DNA of 64,000 nucleotides from Octopus bimaculoides (Eukaryota). The DNA lies in assembly GCF_001194135.2 (NCBI RefSeq), contig NC_068987.1, positions 64,804,343-64,868,342 on the forward strand, written 5' to 3'. Shown one piece after another: positions 23,765-37,106 of this stretch. Numbering within the stretch: position 1 is the stretch's first letter; each line of letters begins with the position of its first letter. The notes beneath the pieces were generated by a model, which saw nothing but the letters and a program-made list of their open reading frames with translations, had not been told where the DNA came from and ran no database searches. The position numbers and the translations under genes were made by a program.

Positions 23765-25309
23765 NNNNNNNNNNNNNNNNNNNNNNNNNNNNNNNNNNNN
23801 NNNNNNNNNNNNNNNNNNNNNNNNNNNNNNNNNNNNNNNNNNNNNNNNNNNNNNNNNNNNNNNNNNNNNNNNNNNNNNNNNNNNNNNNNNNNNNNNNNNN
23901 NNNNNNNNNNNNNNNNNNNNNNNNNNNNNGTCATAAATAACAGTGACAAACGAAATATATACCGCTGATAGTTGTTGTTGACAACGGATAGTTTTTGTTG
24001 ACAAACAACGGCACTAATTTTATTCAAGGGAAAAATCCCGTAACACCGTTGTTTACATTCCACGGCGTAATTGTTTTCACCTCAATAGACGTCAGTGATT
24101 GGTTGAAATTACCGAAATATGACAATTTTTTACATGAAATAACTTCGAATACAATTTTTTTTTATCTGTTCTATAACACAAAATATACAAGTATTCGAAG
24201 TTTGAAAGTGTTTCGGTACCAAAAACATTACATAAAAAAATGTTTTCCGTCAAATCATAAAGATCCAAATTTCTTACAAATCACACATTAAGGAGAGTAT
24301 ACTCGATTTAACCGACTTTAATACATAATTAATCAATGCTGTATTGTGCAGTGTCCTTCGTACAAACAAGTGAAGTTTTAGACATTCACTGCTTTTCACT
24401 GGTTTAAAGGACTAACGAAAGAGAAATATATCTGCCAGCGATGCACTTACTATATAAACAGAAGCAGAACTCAACTCTAGACTCTCTTTCTCTCTCTCCT
24501 TGGCAGACATCAGCTAGAGACAGAAGTGGCCGCTGCTTATTCTTTTGTTAGTATAATCCAAGACACATTTTATTAGAATGAGATATGAATTCGCCGTATC
24601 TCGATTCCAATCGACAACATATATTGATTTCTGATATTCTAGGAACAATTTCCAACTCACATTACACCTGACATTCACAACGCGCGCGCGCGCACACACA
24701 CACACACACTTATGTAGCATATATATTGTTATTTTCGCAACACATTTGGAAGACAAATGTGTTGCAAAAATATACACATCCATATTATACTCAATACAAT
24801 TTACACATTTGTACTTGAATATCGTTACTTCTCTTTGTATTTATCATGCTACATTAGATCTAATGGGCTCTTTTAGATTTAAAAACCCATTAAATTTCAC
24901 TGAATCCCGCTGAAATTAATGAGATCCTTTTAAGTTTTTGGGCCTCTACAAATTATGTGGATCCCCAAGATTGAATGGGGTCCTCTTTATTATGTTATTA
25001 TGTTTTGAAGTAAGAAGTTCGTATGGGCCCCACCACCTGTAAATTCGGCCCTGGTTGTAAATAAAAAGAAATTACACACATGCATGCGTTTCCATCCCAC
25101 GCCACAGTTCCATTCAGACATATTCGGTGAAAGTTCGTTTACTTTCCCACATTTGAAAGACTTTTCAATATGAAACCGTTCGGTAACATGAATTGACTTT
25201 TATCAAACTAGATTTACAATGTATATATATGTAGCAGAAGTGATTTACACTATCATTGTGTGAGATGTTTTCATTTTGACTCGTCTAGGCTTAAATACCT
25301 CAATATCGG

Positions 25310-26490
25310 CTCCACAAGGTACGAAAAATATTCCTCCAGTAGTTCTGACCTCGTCTATAGAATTCATATTTTTTCCGTCCAAATGACTTTGAAGACTGGG
25401 GAATAAATGGTAATCAGATGGGGCAATGTTCGGCGAATATGGTGGGTGGGGCATCGTTTCCCATTCAAACTATTCCAGCCTTTGGAACGTCATCCTCGCA
25501 GTATGTGACCGAGCATTATCCTGATGAAAGAACACTTTTCGTCTTGAAACCAAAGATGGTCGTTTTTCTTCTCGTGCTAACTTAAGCTGCTCAAGCTGCT
25601 CGCAGTAGATCTCCTTTGTAATCGTTTGGTTTGGGTTTAAAAGTTCAAAGTGGACTAAACCTTTCATATCCTNNNNNNNNNNNNNNNNNNNNNNNNNNNN
25701 NNNNNNNNNNNNNNNNNNNNNNNNNNNNNNNNNNNNNNNNNNNNNNNNNNNNNNNNNNNNNNNNNNNNNNNNNNNNNNNNNNNNNNNNNNNNNNNNNNNN
25801 NNNNNNNNNNNNNNNNNNNNNNNNNNNNNNNNNNNNNNNNNNNNNNNNNNNNNNNNNNNNNNNNNNNNNNNNNNNNNNNNNNNNNNNNNNNNNNNNNNNN
25901 NNNNNNNNNNNNNNNNNNNNNNNNNNNNNNNNNNNNNNNNNNNNNNNNNNNNNNNNNNNNNNNNNNNNNNNNNNNNNNNNNNNNNNNNNNNNNNNNNNNN
26001 NNNNNNNNNNNNNNNNNNNNNNNNNNNNNNNNNNNNNGCCAGTTCCTCAACAGTTACGATGGGATTTTACTCCAGCAGAGTTTGCAGGGCATCCTCGCTG
26101 AGCTCTACTGATCTTCTAGGACCAGGCTCGTCTTCTCGGCTATAGTTTCCAACTCGGATTTTCTGGAACCACCGTTGACACTGGCTTACGCCTATTGTCC
26201 GATCACCATATACTGCATTAATATTCCTCGCATTTTGCGTTGCGTTGTTGCCTTTATTGAACTCATAAAGCAAAATATGCTGAATATGTTCCTTTGTCAC
26301 TTCCATTATAGCTTTGAAAAAATAATTGTTAAAATCGAACTGCACTCTTCAAAATTTGCACTAAGAATAAGCACAAGGTAAAATTACTACCTGCTTTTAC
26401 AGCAAGTTGATGCACGTAGTTTATTCCGTCCCCCTCCGACTTTTTGTTCAGGTAATTGAAACAATCCGCATTAGTTATAGGATGACCCAA
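25310..26490 (-). mobile_element. mariner transposon (mellifera-like TIR), disrupted transposase, 3' end truncated, internal N-gap
   Basis: ATG at 26306: MEVTKEHIQHILLYEFNKG..CQRWFQK (HTH); HQDNARSH and HPPYSPNIAPSDYHLF catalytic motifs; 5' TIR TTGGGTCATCCTATAACTAATGCGGATT at 26490-26463. No matching 3' TIR seen. Confidence 0.92.
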
Positions 26491-28082
26491 CACACACACA
26501 CACACACACACGCTGATGTCACTTGCATTCATATTTTCTACAAGAGTAAAGCAAACTTGTCCCAAGTAGGATGTGAACTCAGAGCATTCAAATACCAACT
26601 TAATGTATGTGCTATGGAGTTGCAGTATGCAGGAGGTACACATGCCTGTGAATTCCTTACGGATCGAAAACACGACGGATTATTTCGATCGGATGGGTAC
26701 TTAACATTTTCACTCTAGCTGCAACTCAAATATTACGATGCTATATTTTTGTTTACTACTCTACCGGTTTCAATGAAGTGTATTATTTATAGAACATTGA
26801 CTTTTATGTTCATATTGATATTTCAAGTCATAGATAGTGAATGTCATCGCAGTTGTTGAGGTGCTCAGTTATTGACACAGTTCTCACTGTGTTTTCGTCT
26901 CCTTTTATCGATTGTATTATTTTCACAAAGGAGGATGGTTATAATGTCATGGCAACAAGAATCGCTTTGGTATTTAACATGAAAGACAAAAAAAAAAAGT
27001 TTCATTATTTTAAAGCACTTCCTTGTTTCAACAATTAAATGGCGAATTGTTAAAACCTCCTCAAGTAGAGCAAAGAAAAGTACTATTTTTGCTTATGTGA
27101 ATTAAAGTTAGGGTGCAAAGGTTTCCGGGATGGTTCTTAAAATGAAAGAATGATTAAACAAACAGACGAACGAATCATAGAATATGTTGCAGTATGCAGT
27201 ATGTTGCTTTAGAGTTGTCTCCCTTTATATTAAGCTAATTCTTTCTATTAATTAGAATATATTTATACATTTATTCATATATTCATATTTAAAATGTGTA
27301 AGCAAAAAATATATGTTAATGGAATATATTGATGTATTTCACCTTTATTAATTAATTTATTTATTGACGATCAATATTTTGTTCAAAATCAGAAATTGAC
27401 TTAAATAAGATGCAATAATAATATATTATTGTATTAAACAAAAACAAAATAACATCTATGACATAAGCGACCTCGGCTTAGCTTTAACCATGTTTAATGT
27501 CGGAACGCGTCTCCATACAAATAAACAACACCGAGACTAACCTAACTGTTTGTATGTTTGTGCAATAACAAATCATGTAAGTAACTATCTTTAATTACTT
27601 AGTGTACACACAGTATTTATACTTGAACAAAATGAAAGTCACAGGCAGTATATACGTATGTATGTCCGGTTTCTTTTTCGAAGTAAATTGGTCAATCCCC
27701 GCTTAATGACAAACTCCGACACAAGTGGACATGAAAATAGAAAATAAACACAGAAAAAACCCATAACAAACGAAAGACAAAGAAACTTCGCATCGGACAG
27801 AATCACTTCGAGTTATTATTGCTTTTTGAATTTTTCTTCTACGATGTATGTTATAATTTTTTTTTAATATCTTCATTTGTTTGGTTTCGTCAGGTGAAAT
27901 GTCTTGTGTACTTTTAGTTGGCTTGTAATGTTTTGTTGGGTGTTGTCTTTGTAGCCGATAAATAACTCACTGTTGTGATTATTTTTATTATTTAATTGAT
28001 CCGGATAGCAACACAAACACCAAATTCAATGTTAAAGAAAACGTAGTAATTGGACGTATATTATACAAACATATGTACGCAT

Positions 28083-28458
<376 letters not shown>

Positions 28459-29538
28459 AATCTCTGATTCGCTTTCTGAAAAATAAAAGTTTTGGCGCAA
28501 GTCGCTCATTGTAATCATGGATAACGTTATCAAAATTAGGGGTTTCCGAATTCTTTAATTGCTTAATGTTATCAACCGGGTTTTACTCTCGAAAAGGCCT
28601 TAAACATGATTAAAAGAAACTGTTTCCGTTGTACATACAATATAAACACACATTGTCATTTAAGGCATATCAGCCGCAACTATCCTGTCTTTTTTTTTTT
28701 TTGTCAAGACAGTCGGATGTGTGGGATTTCATAATTTTACTGTTATTCCAAGTAGTTCAACCTACTGCGTATGGGCTGTTTTTATTGTTGCTAAGCCGTA
28801 GGCTAATTCTGATCGAGAAAACCTATAATAAAAAGCGTCCCAATCATGACCATCCTGTCCTTTTGTATATCAGGTACTACATTGTTGTTGAAAGTGTCCT
28901 TTGTCTAAGATTGTAGCGTATGTGATATGAAGAGATTTTGGCTGCTATTTCTTGCAATTCGAGCGACTGCGCAAACGCTCCATTGCTGACTCGGATTTAT
29001 TTTAGTTATTGTTTATATTCGCAGATCATTTCTGATTGAGCGGTCTTACGATCAAAGGTATTCTAAGCATCATCACATCTATTTCTCAGCCAGTGAGCAG
29101 TTCACACCATCTAATGTATCCTTCACGCACACCCGCATCATCATTATCATCATCGTCAGCGTTGTTTTAACGTCCACTTTTCCATGTTTGAATAGGTCAG
29201 ACAAATTTCGTTGAGGTAGACTCACTATGACTGGATGCCCTTCCTGTTGCCAACTCTCACTCGTTTCCAAGCAAGATAGTGTTTCGCCATGACCAAACAT
29301 GTTTACATGGAAGGTTGGAAATGATCAATACTACTTGCACGATAGTGACATGACACTCATTTACAATTATTGCATGAAATCAAGACACACACACACACAC
29401 ACACACATAAGCTTCTTTCAGTCTCCATCTACCAAATCCACATATAAAGCTTTGGTTAACCTAGGCTATAGTGGTAGTCACTTCTCTAAGGTGTACCTGA
29501 AACCACATGGTTGGGAAACAAACTTCTTAACCACATAG

Positions 29539-29589
<51 letters not shown>

Positions 29590-30644
29590 TGTGTGTGTGT
29601 AGCTGTGTGGTTTAAGTACATGGCCTAGTGGGTAGGGTATTTCACTCACGATTACGAAATCATGATTTTGATTCTTAGACCAGGTGGTGCATTGTGTTCT
29701 TGAGCAAATCACTACACCTGTAGAGACAATGTCAATTTGATGGAGAGAGTGAAATAATCTGCAATCCGAATTTTGATCATTATATTTTTAAAAAATCATC
29801 TGTGTAGTGTTATTTGACAAGAAATTGCAGAACTTTCATCTGTCATCTAATGACATGAGAGTTTATGATATATATGTCTTTTCTGGAATGTTGGATCTCG
29901 AAGCAGCTGATGCTATAAATAATAGCATGTAGATATTGGGTTAAAAAGCCCTTAAGAGAGACAGTCAAAGGCTGCCCATCAACAATATATATATGTTCAT
30001 ATTACTTGCTGGGTCTAGCGGTAGGGACTGTGCCCTTGACCTTTACAGCCCCTCTAAGAATAATGATGTTGCTGCTGTTAATGGTCTACTTGAGCTGTTT
30101 CAAGTTGGCAATTGGAAGAAAGTTCTGAGAGTCTGGACACAGTATGGGTGATGAAAAGAGAAGAATTGGGTGTGTATGAGAGGAGGTGGCATAAGACCAG
30201 TGAGTAGCACTAAAAAAAGGCAGAGAGAGGGGACAGCATACTGGTGGGAAAGAAACTAGAGCTTGTCTGTAAGTGATTTTATACCAATCAGTCAAGTGGC
30301 TTTTCTCTAGGTGTGGTCTAGAATATTTTTGTTTGCAGTACAAAGTACAAGAAGAGTGAGGAGAGCATAGACCTTCTCATCTAAGAGGATCATTATGGGT
30401 GTAGGGTGAGCCAGAAGCACATGATAAACAAGGTTGTTGAGCAAATATAGTGGCTCTTTGCGCTTATACACACACACACATGTATGTATATATGTTGAAA
30501 TCATCAGTGTATTTTGCTATTCTTTCATCAGTTATTAATAAGAAATTGGTTGATGACTCACACAATTGCTACATATACACTATTTTTGTGTGTATATACA
30601 TACATACACATAAATATGCATGTGTGTATATCCATACATACAGA

Positions 30645-30696
<52 letters not shown>

Positions 30697-33600
30697 GCAC
30701 AAGTGTGGTTATAAGCCCAGATGTAGCTGTGTGGTTGAGAAGCTAGCTTTCCAGCCAAGTGGTCCTGGGTTCAGTCCCACTGTGTGGTACCTGGGATAAG
30801 TGACTTCTACTGTAGCCTAGGCTGACCAACATCTTGTGAGTGGATTTGGCAGACAGAAACTTACAGAAGTCTCTGGTACATTGTGTGTGTGTGTGTACTT
30901 ATGACCTGTTCATATCGACACTCACTCACTTAAAATGTTAGCAACATCAGTTTGGTGAAATGTGTTGCTATTTAAAGATAGATTTTAAAGAGTAAAAATG
31001 ACATCAGTTTGCTTGTGCACTTGTGTTATAAAACTGGAAAGGGGGCAAGTATCAAATAAATTAATATAATGTATACATATAGATACAAAAGCATATTAAA
31101 ATGTCAAATAAATACAGAATTCTAAGGAAAGTGTAGTACAACAATTCACCAAGGGCTAAGGAATGTCAAAAAGGTGAATCACCTACTCTTCTACTGCTGC
31201 CTTCTGAGAGAAGCCAGAATGTTGAACAAATTAATAACCTCAGCTTCTCTTTGATACCTACCTTTTTTGTTGTAAAATTTATCCATGGCAGGACACTCTC
31301 TCTCTCCATCTTTGCTTTCAACAAGTGATAGTCAAAGAATAGGATAAGGAGTGAAAAGGACCCATTCATGTCTCTCCTTGTCTGAATTTTCTTTCAAATT
31401 TCCTTCTTGTCTTTATAGCTGTTTATTAAACTTCATCAGAACTGACTGCACAGTATTTACCATATCATTGGTCCAGGTTAACAGCACCACATGGCCCTTG
31501 GGTGCTTTTAGCTGAATCCAGTTCATTGGAAGCATTTGATCTAAGTCTATGATTGTCCTTCCCCCCTTTCCACCATTCTGGTAGTATCCCAAGATAGTCA
31601 TGGGTGTTGCACTTTCTTTTTTGACTAAGCATTTGAAAAGGGTAAAATACCCAGAATCTCTTAGGTCATAGTAGTACTTGTCCTCTACTAATCCTCTCTA
31701 TAATATTACTCTTATTCTGTTTCCAACTGCAAGTAACTGAGAACATTGTCAGGCATCAGCCTACTAGGCTTCACTCTGGCTCATACCTTAGTCTAAGCCA
31801 GTCATGGTCAAACTGCAACCTGCAGGACTTTCTGAATGTCATGCCTAATGTAAAATTACCTTGAATGCTTTTAGTAGTACAACCTGCCTGGTGACGGGCC
31901 ATGTCTTTTGAGACTTATTTCTTGAGATCTGCAGCCATACAAGAACACCACCTTGAAGAACTTTTAATTGAACGAATCAACTCCAGTACTTACTTTTTTT
32001 TTAGCCTGATACTCATTCTATTAGTTCCTTTTTGCCAAACCGCTAAGTTATGGGGATGTAAACAAGCCAACACTGATTGTCAAGTGGTGGTAGGCGACAA
32101 ACACAGACCCAAAGGCATACACACACACACACACACACACACATATACGATGAGATTCTTTCAGTTTCCATCTACCAAATCCACTCACAAGGCTTTGGTT
32201 GGCTCTAGGCTATAGCAGAAGACACTTGCCCAAGGTGCTACATAGTGGGACTGAACCCAGAACCATGTTGTTGGAAAGCAAACTTCTTACCACATAGCCA
32301 CGCCTACATTTTGTGTACAAATTCTACTAATTTTGTTTTACTTTCCATCTTTCAGAGGGTTTGTTGTTTAGCTCCAAGTCAGCCTGAATAGAGGAGAATT
32401 GCATTGAACAGTGTGTTCTTTGTATAAAATGGTAGAGTAAAATTTGGGGGAAATTTAGCTGCTATATTTTGCAGGTTAAATAACCACATAGAGGCTCTTT
32501 TGTTAGTTTGTAAAGTTGTTGCTTAGACCCAGATCAACCTTGAGTAAACAGACCCATGATAAAAGGCATTCCATCCATAGTCCCCAATTTTTTGGAGTAT
32601 CTAGGACTTCACTATTCATGTGTATCTAGGACAACACTATTCATTGTGTCCCTTGTTTTTCACAGGTGGTAGGGTGTCATTTGAGAGATTTGGCTCCACA
32701 GATCACAGGTTGTCCATGACTGGTGGAGATGCTCCCTCATTGGCTTGTAGCTTGAAGAGTCATGGAAATGTATATCAGTAATATACAGTAGCTAGTTTGA
32801 TGGATTATGCCTCTCCTTTACAAAAATAGTTAGACTTTGTTGTCTCATAAAAAAAAAATTCTTATTGGTTACCTTTTAAAGTTGACACAGTAGAAAGTAA
32901 AACTAAATATATATTATCTACATTTCCAGCAAAGTATAAAGTTCAGTATCTTGTTTGATTATCATGTAATACTGATCCTGCATTCAAAACTTGCTGTAAT
33001 TCACTTAATATTTCATTCTTGCTTCCCTATACTATGTCAGTTGACCATTCTACTTTTATTTGATAGCGTAATGATAATAATAATAATAATGATTTCAGAT
33101 TTTGGTACAAGGCCAGTAAGTTCAGGGGAGGGGGTAAGTTGTTTACATCGACCCTAGTAATCGACTGCTACTTATTTAATTGACCTTGAAAGGATGAAAG
33201 GCAAAGTTGACCTTGGTGGAATTTGAACTCAGAACGTAAAGATGAATGATATGCTGTTAGTAATAATAATAATTATTTCTGAAATTTGTGGGGAGGGGAC
33301 TAGTTGATTATATCAGCCACATTACACAACTAATACTTATTTCATTGACCGTGGAAGGATGAAAGGTAAACTCAACCTCAGTGGGATTTGAACTGGGAAT
33401 GTTATGATGAATGAAACACTGCTAAACATTTTGTCCAGCATGCTAACAATTCTGCCAGTTTGCAACCTTTAATAATAATGCTTTCTATTATAGGCCCAAG
33501 GCCTGACTTCCTTTCTACTATAGGCACAAGGCCTGAAATTTTGGGGAGGGGGCTAGTTGATTACATTGACATCAGTGCTCAGCTTATACTTATTTTATCA

Positions 33601-36600
33601 TGCCCAAAATGATGAAAGGCAAAGTCAACGTCAGCAGAATTTGAATTCAGAACTTAAAGATGGACGAAATGTCGTGAAGTATTTTATCCAGCAGGCTAAT
33701 GATTCTACCTTTTGCTGCCTTATTAATAATAATAATTGAAATAAAAAAAGGCTGTAGCAAAATGTGGGTCAGCTGACTGGTGTTGCGGACACAACTTGCT
33801 GGAAACTCATTTTGTCTGTATTGTCATTTTTCAACATAACTGTGTAATTATTTCAAAAAAGAATAATACTTTGGCACCTTTTCAAGCTATACTTGAAATC
33901 ATTTGGCAATGAGGAAGGCCTCTATGTGATCTCTTTAGCTGCCAGCAAAAAAGAAATCAGTGAAAATCTTGAATTTTCACCCTATCATTAGAAAAAGAAG
34001 AAAAAGGACATATTGAATAGTGTAGATACACAGGATAACCTCAGAATATCTTTGACCATTGGTCAACTCTATAACAGCTGACCAGTGGTTAAATGACAAC
34101 ATGTAAAGCCTTCTGGGGTTTTTTTGTTTGTCTAGTCTTAACCAATTTCCTTTAACCCTGTCAAATTTAATATTTATTTATAAACATTTTTTTGAATTAA
34201 TCAGGCATTTATTTGTAGTTTTGAGATTTTGATGGTATGGCTGTTTATGTTTAGAATGACATTGTAGGGTTTGTGTTAGAGGCAAGGTTTTGACATTTTG
34301 AACATTGATCAGGAAGAATATTTGGGCTGGATATGTCCAGTTGAAATGCTAAAGGGTCAATCCCTTCCTTTTCACAGACGTCTAAGAAGTTACTGAGTCT
34401 CTATTGACTTATATCTCTGATATGCTGATTAGAAGGTCATAATTTCAATCCGTACTACATCCATTGTGTCTGTAAACTTGATCCAAGTCTATGTTTACAT
34501 TCATTCAGTAACTTGTATTAGGAAATAATATATGATCAAGTACTATAAGCTTTACATCAACTGTTTTGCATGCAGATGTCCATATATGCCACAAATATTA
34601 CATCCATGAAAAAATGAAAATATCATTATCATCTAGTGTCCGGGTCTTAGACATTATTTGAGGCAGATTTTCTACAGCTGGATGCCCTTCCTGTTGCTAA
34701 CCCTCACCTGTTTCTAAGTAAAGTAATATTTCCCCATGCCAAGACATGTTCTCGCAGAATACCGGAAATAAATGACACTGCTTCTATAATAGTGGTGCTC
34801 ATTTATAACTATCATATGATGTCAAAACAAGGAGACACACACACACACACACCAACCAACCAACCAGGCTGCTTTTTTCTACTTCTCATTCTTTCTTTAT
34901 CTAATTTGCTATTTCTATTGTCTAGGTCCAGTCTGCTATTTCACCATTTTTATTCTTATGTTTTATTTATTTCTTCCCTATATAAGCAACATACAATGTA
35001 AGTGTGCACCTTTTGAAGCAAGTGTGATGAAATGGCACTCTAATGGGTAAAACAGCAAATATTATGTCACTTTTCACATGGAGTTTTTATGTACAATGGT
35101 CTTAAAAACAAAGTGGTATTGACAATTGTAACTGGCTATTAAAGATGTGCTAAACTTTTTCTTTGTCTTATTTGAATTATGTGTGTATACATATATAAAG
35201 GGTAAAACTCTCACTTTAGTCATGAATGACCATGTGATTGCACGTAGAAAGTTACTCTCTGAGGCACAAGTCCAGTCAAGGTTGTTTATGGAAGACCAAC
35301 AGTCACTCATGCATACCAGCCTCCCCTCTTCATGCCACCAATGGAAAGGCAAAAGCTGACACAGCTTGGCACTAATGATATCAACTCATTTGTGCAGCTA
35401 ATTGAACTCGAGCAATGTGAAATGAAGTGTCTTGCTCAAGAACACAACACACAACCCGGTCCGGGAATCAAACTCACTACCTCATGGTTGTGAGCCTGAT
35501 GCTCTAACCATTGAGCCATGTGCCTTCACCATGTATATATACATACATATACATACATACATACGCATAATCTCTCTCCTGTCTTTCCCCTACCAACTGT
35601 ATCCTTGCTATACTATTGATCCCTTATATACCTATGTTTCACCTTTCATAGCATTCCCTTTTTCCTCCTCTTCCCACCTTTGCACATTCATGTACTTCTT
35701 GCCCACTAGCCATGTTCAATCTTATACCACTCCATTCACATTTACCACCTTGTACCTTGAGGTTATGTCCTGGCATGTCACCACCATCTTTCTTTCTCTC
35801 TCTCTCCCTTTTTTTCTGACTCAAGTAACAATATATCTCCTCTACAGAAAGACACCTGTTTCTGTCCCTTTATCACAGTGTAACCTCTCACCAACTGGCA
35901 CAAAGCCAACTCTCTCAATATCACTCCCCTGTTTCAGTTAAGAGTATTTTATCTTGCAAGTTACTTGGTGACCTTGCAGGTGCTGGTACCACATAAAAAG
36001 CATCCAGTACATTCTGTAAAGTGGTTGGCATTAGTAAAAACATCTAGCTGTAGAAACCATGCCAAAGCAGACAGTGGGGCTTGGTGCAGTTCTCTGGCTT
36101 GCCAGCTCTTGTCAAATTGTCCAACCCCTGCCAGCATGGCAATTAAATGATAATATCCACACACATGTATACATTTATAAATATATATGCGTGTATGTTT
36201 ATAAATATATATATGTATTCTCCTTTACTCTTACTTGTTTTAGTCATTTGACTGTGGTCATACTGGAGCACTGCCTTGAAGTGTTTTTAGTTGAACAAAT
36301 TGACCACAGGACTTTTTTTTTATTAAGCCTAGTACTTACTCTCTGAATCCCTTTTGCCAACTGCTAAGTTACAGGGACATAAACACACTAACACCAGTTA
36401 TCAAGTGGTGACAGGGGGCAAACACAGATATAAAGATGCACATAGATATATACATATAGATATGATGGTCTTATTTCAGTTTCCGTTTATGAAATCCACA
36501 AGGCTTTGGTTGGCTTGAGGCTAGAGTAGAAAACACTTGCCCAAGGTGCTACACAGTAGGACTTAACCCGGAGTCATGTGGTTGGGAAGCAAGATTCTTA

Positions 36601-36623
36601 CCACTCAGCCATGCTTGTGCCTA

Positions 36624-36660
<37 letters not shown>

Positions 36661-36667
36661 TTTTATT

Positions 36668-37106
36668 CTTTTACTTGTTTCATTCATTTGACTGCGGTCA
36701 TGCTGGAGCACCGTCTTTAGTCGAATCAAATCGACCCCAGGACTTATTCTTTGTAAGCCTAGTACTTATTCTGTCAGTCTCTTTTGCCAAATCGCAAAGT
36801 TACGGGAACGTAAACACACCAGCATCGGTTGTCAATGTTGGGGGACAAACACACACACACACACACACACATACATATAATATATATATACATATACATA
36901 TATATGACGGGCTTCTTTCAGTTTCCATCTACCAAATCCACTCACAAGGCTTTGGTCGGCCCGAGGCTATAGTAGAAGACACTTGCCCAAGNNNNNNNNN
37001 NTCGGCCCGAGGCTATAGTAGAAGACACTTGCCCAAGGTGCCACACAGTGGGACTGAACCCGGAACCATGTGGTTGGTAAGCAAGCTACTTACCACACAG
37101 CCACTC
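36668..37106 (-). mobile_element. tRNA-derived SINE family B, near full-length young copy (CpGs retained)
   Basis: The minus strand begins aggagtggctgtgtggtaag (A-box-like) ..ggttcagtccc (B-box-like) and has an internal (TG)n. Further copies at ~20500-20800, 30720-30870 (+), 31915-32305, 36225-36615, 41375-41525 (+), 51460-51900 and 52560-52956. Confidence 0.82.

Noticed and set aside
30720-30790. tRNA-like A/B boxes here and at several other sites
   Set aside because: These are SINE heads continuing into SINE bodies; no complete cloverleaf, so no tRNA gene is called.
31166-31601. Possible LINE endonuclease remnant (..DYHLLKAKM..)
   Set aside because: A single short motif is insufficient support.
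36955-37037. Apparent 36-bp tandem duplication around a 10-N gap
   Set aside because: Identical sequence on both sides of a nominal 10-N gap inside a SINE is typical of an unmerged contig overlap.
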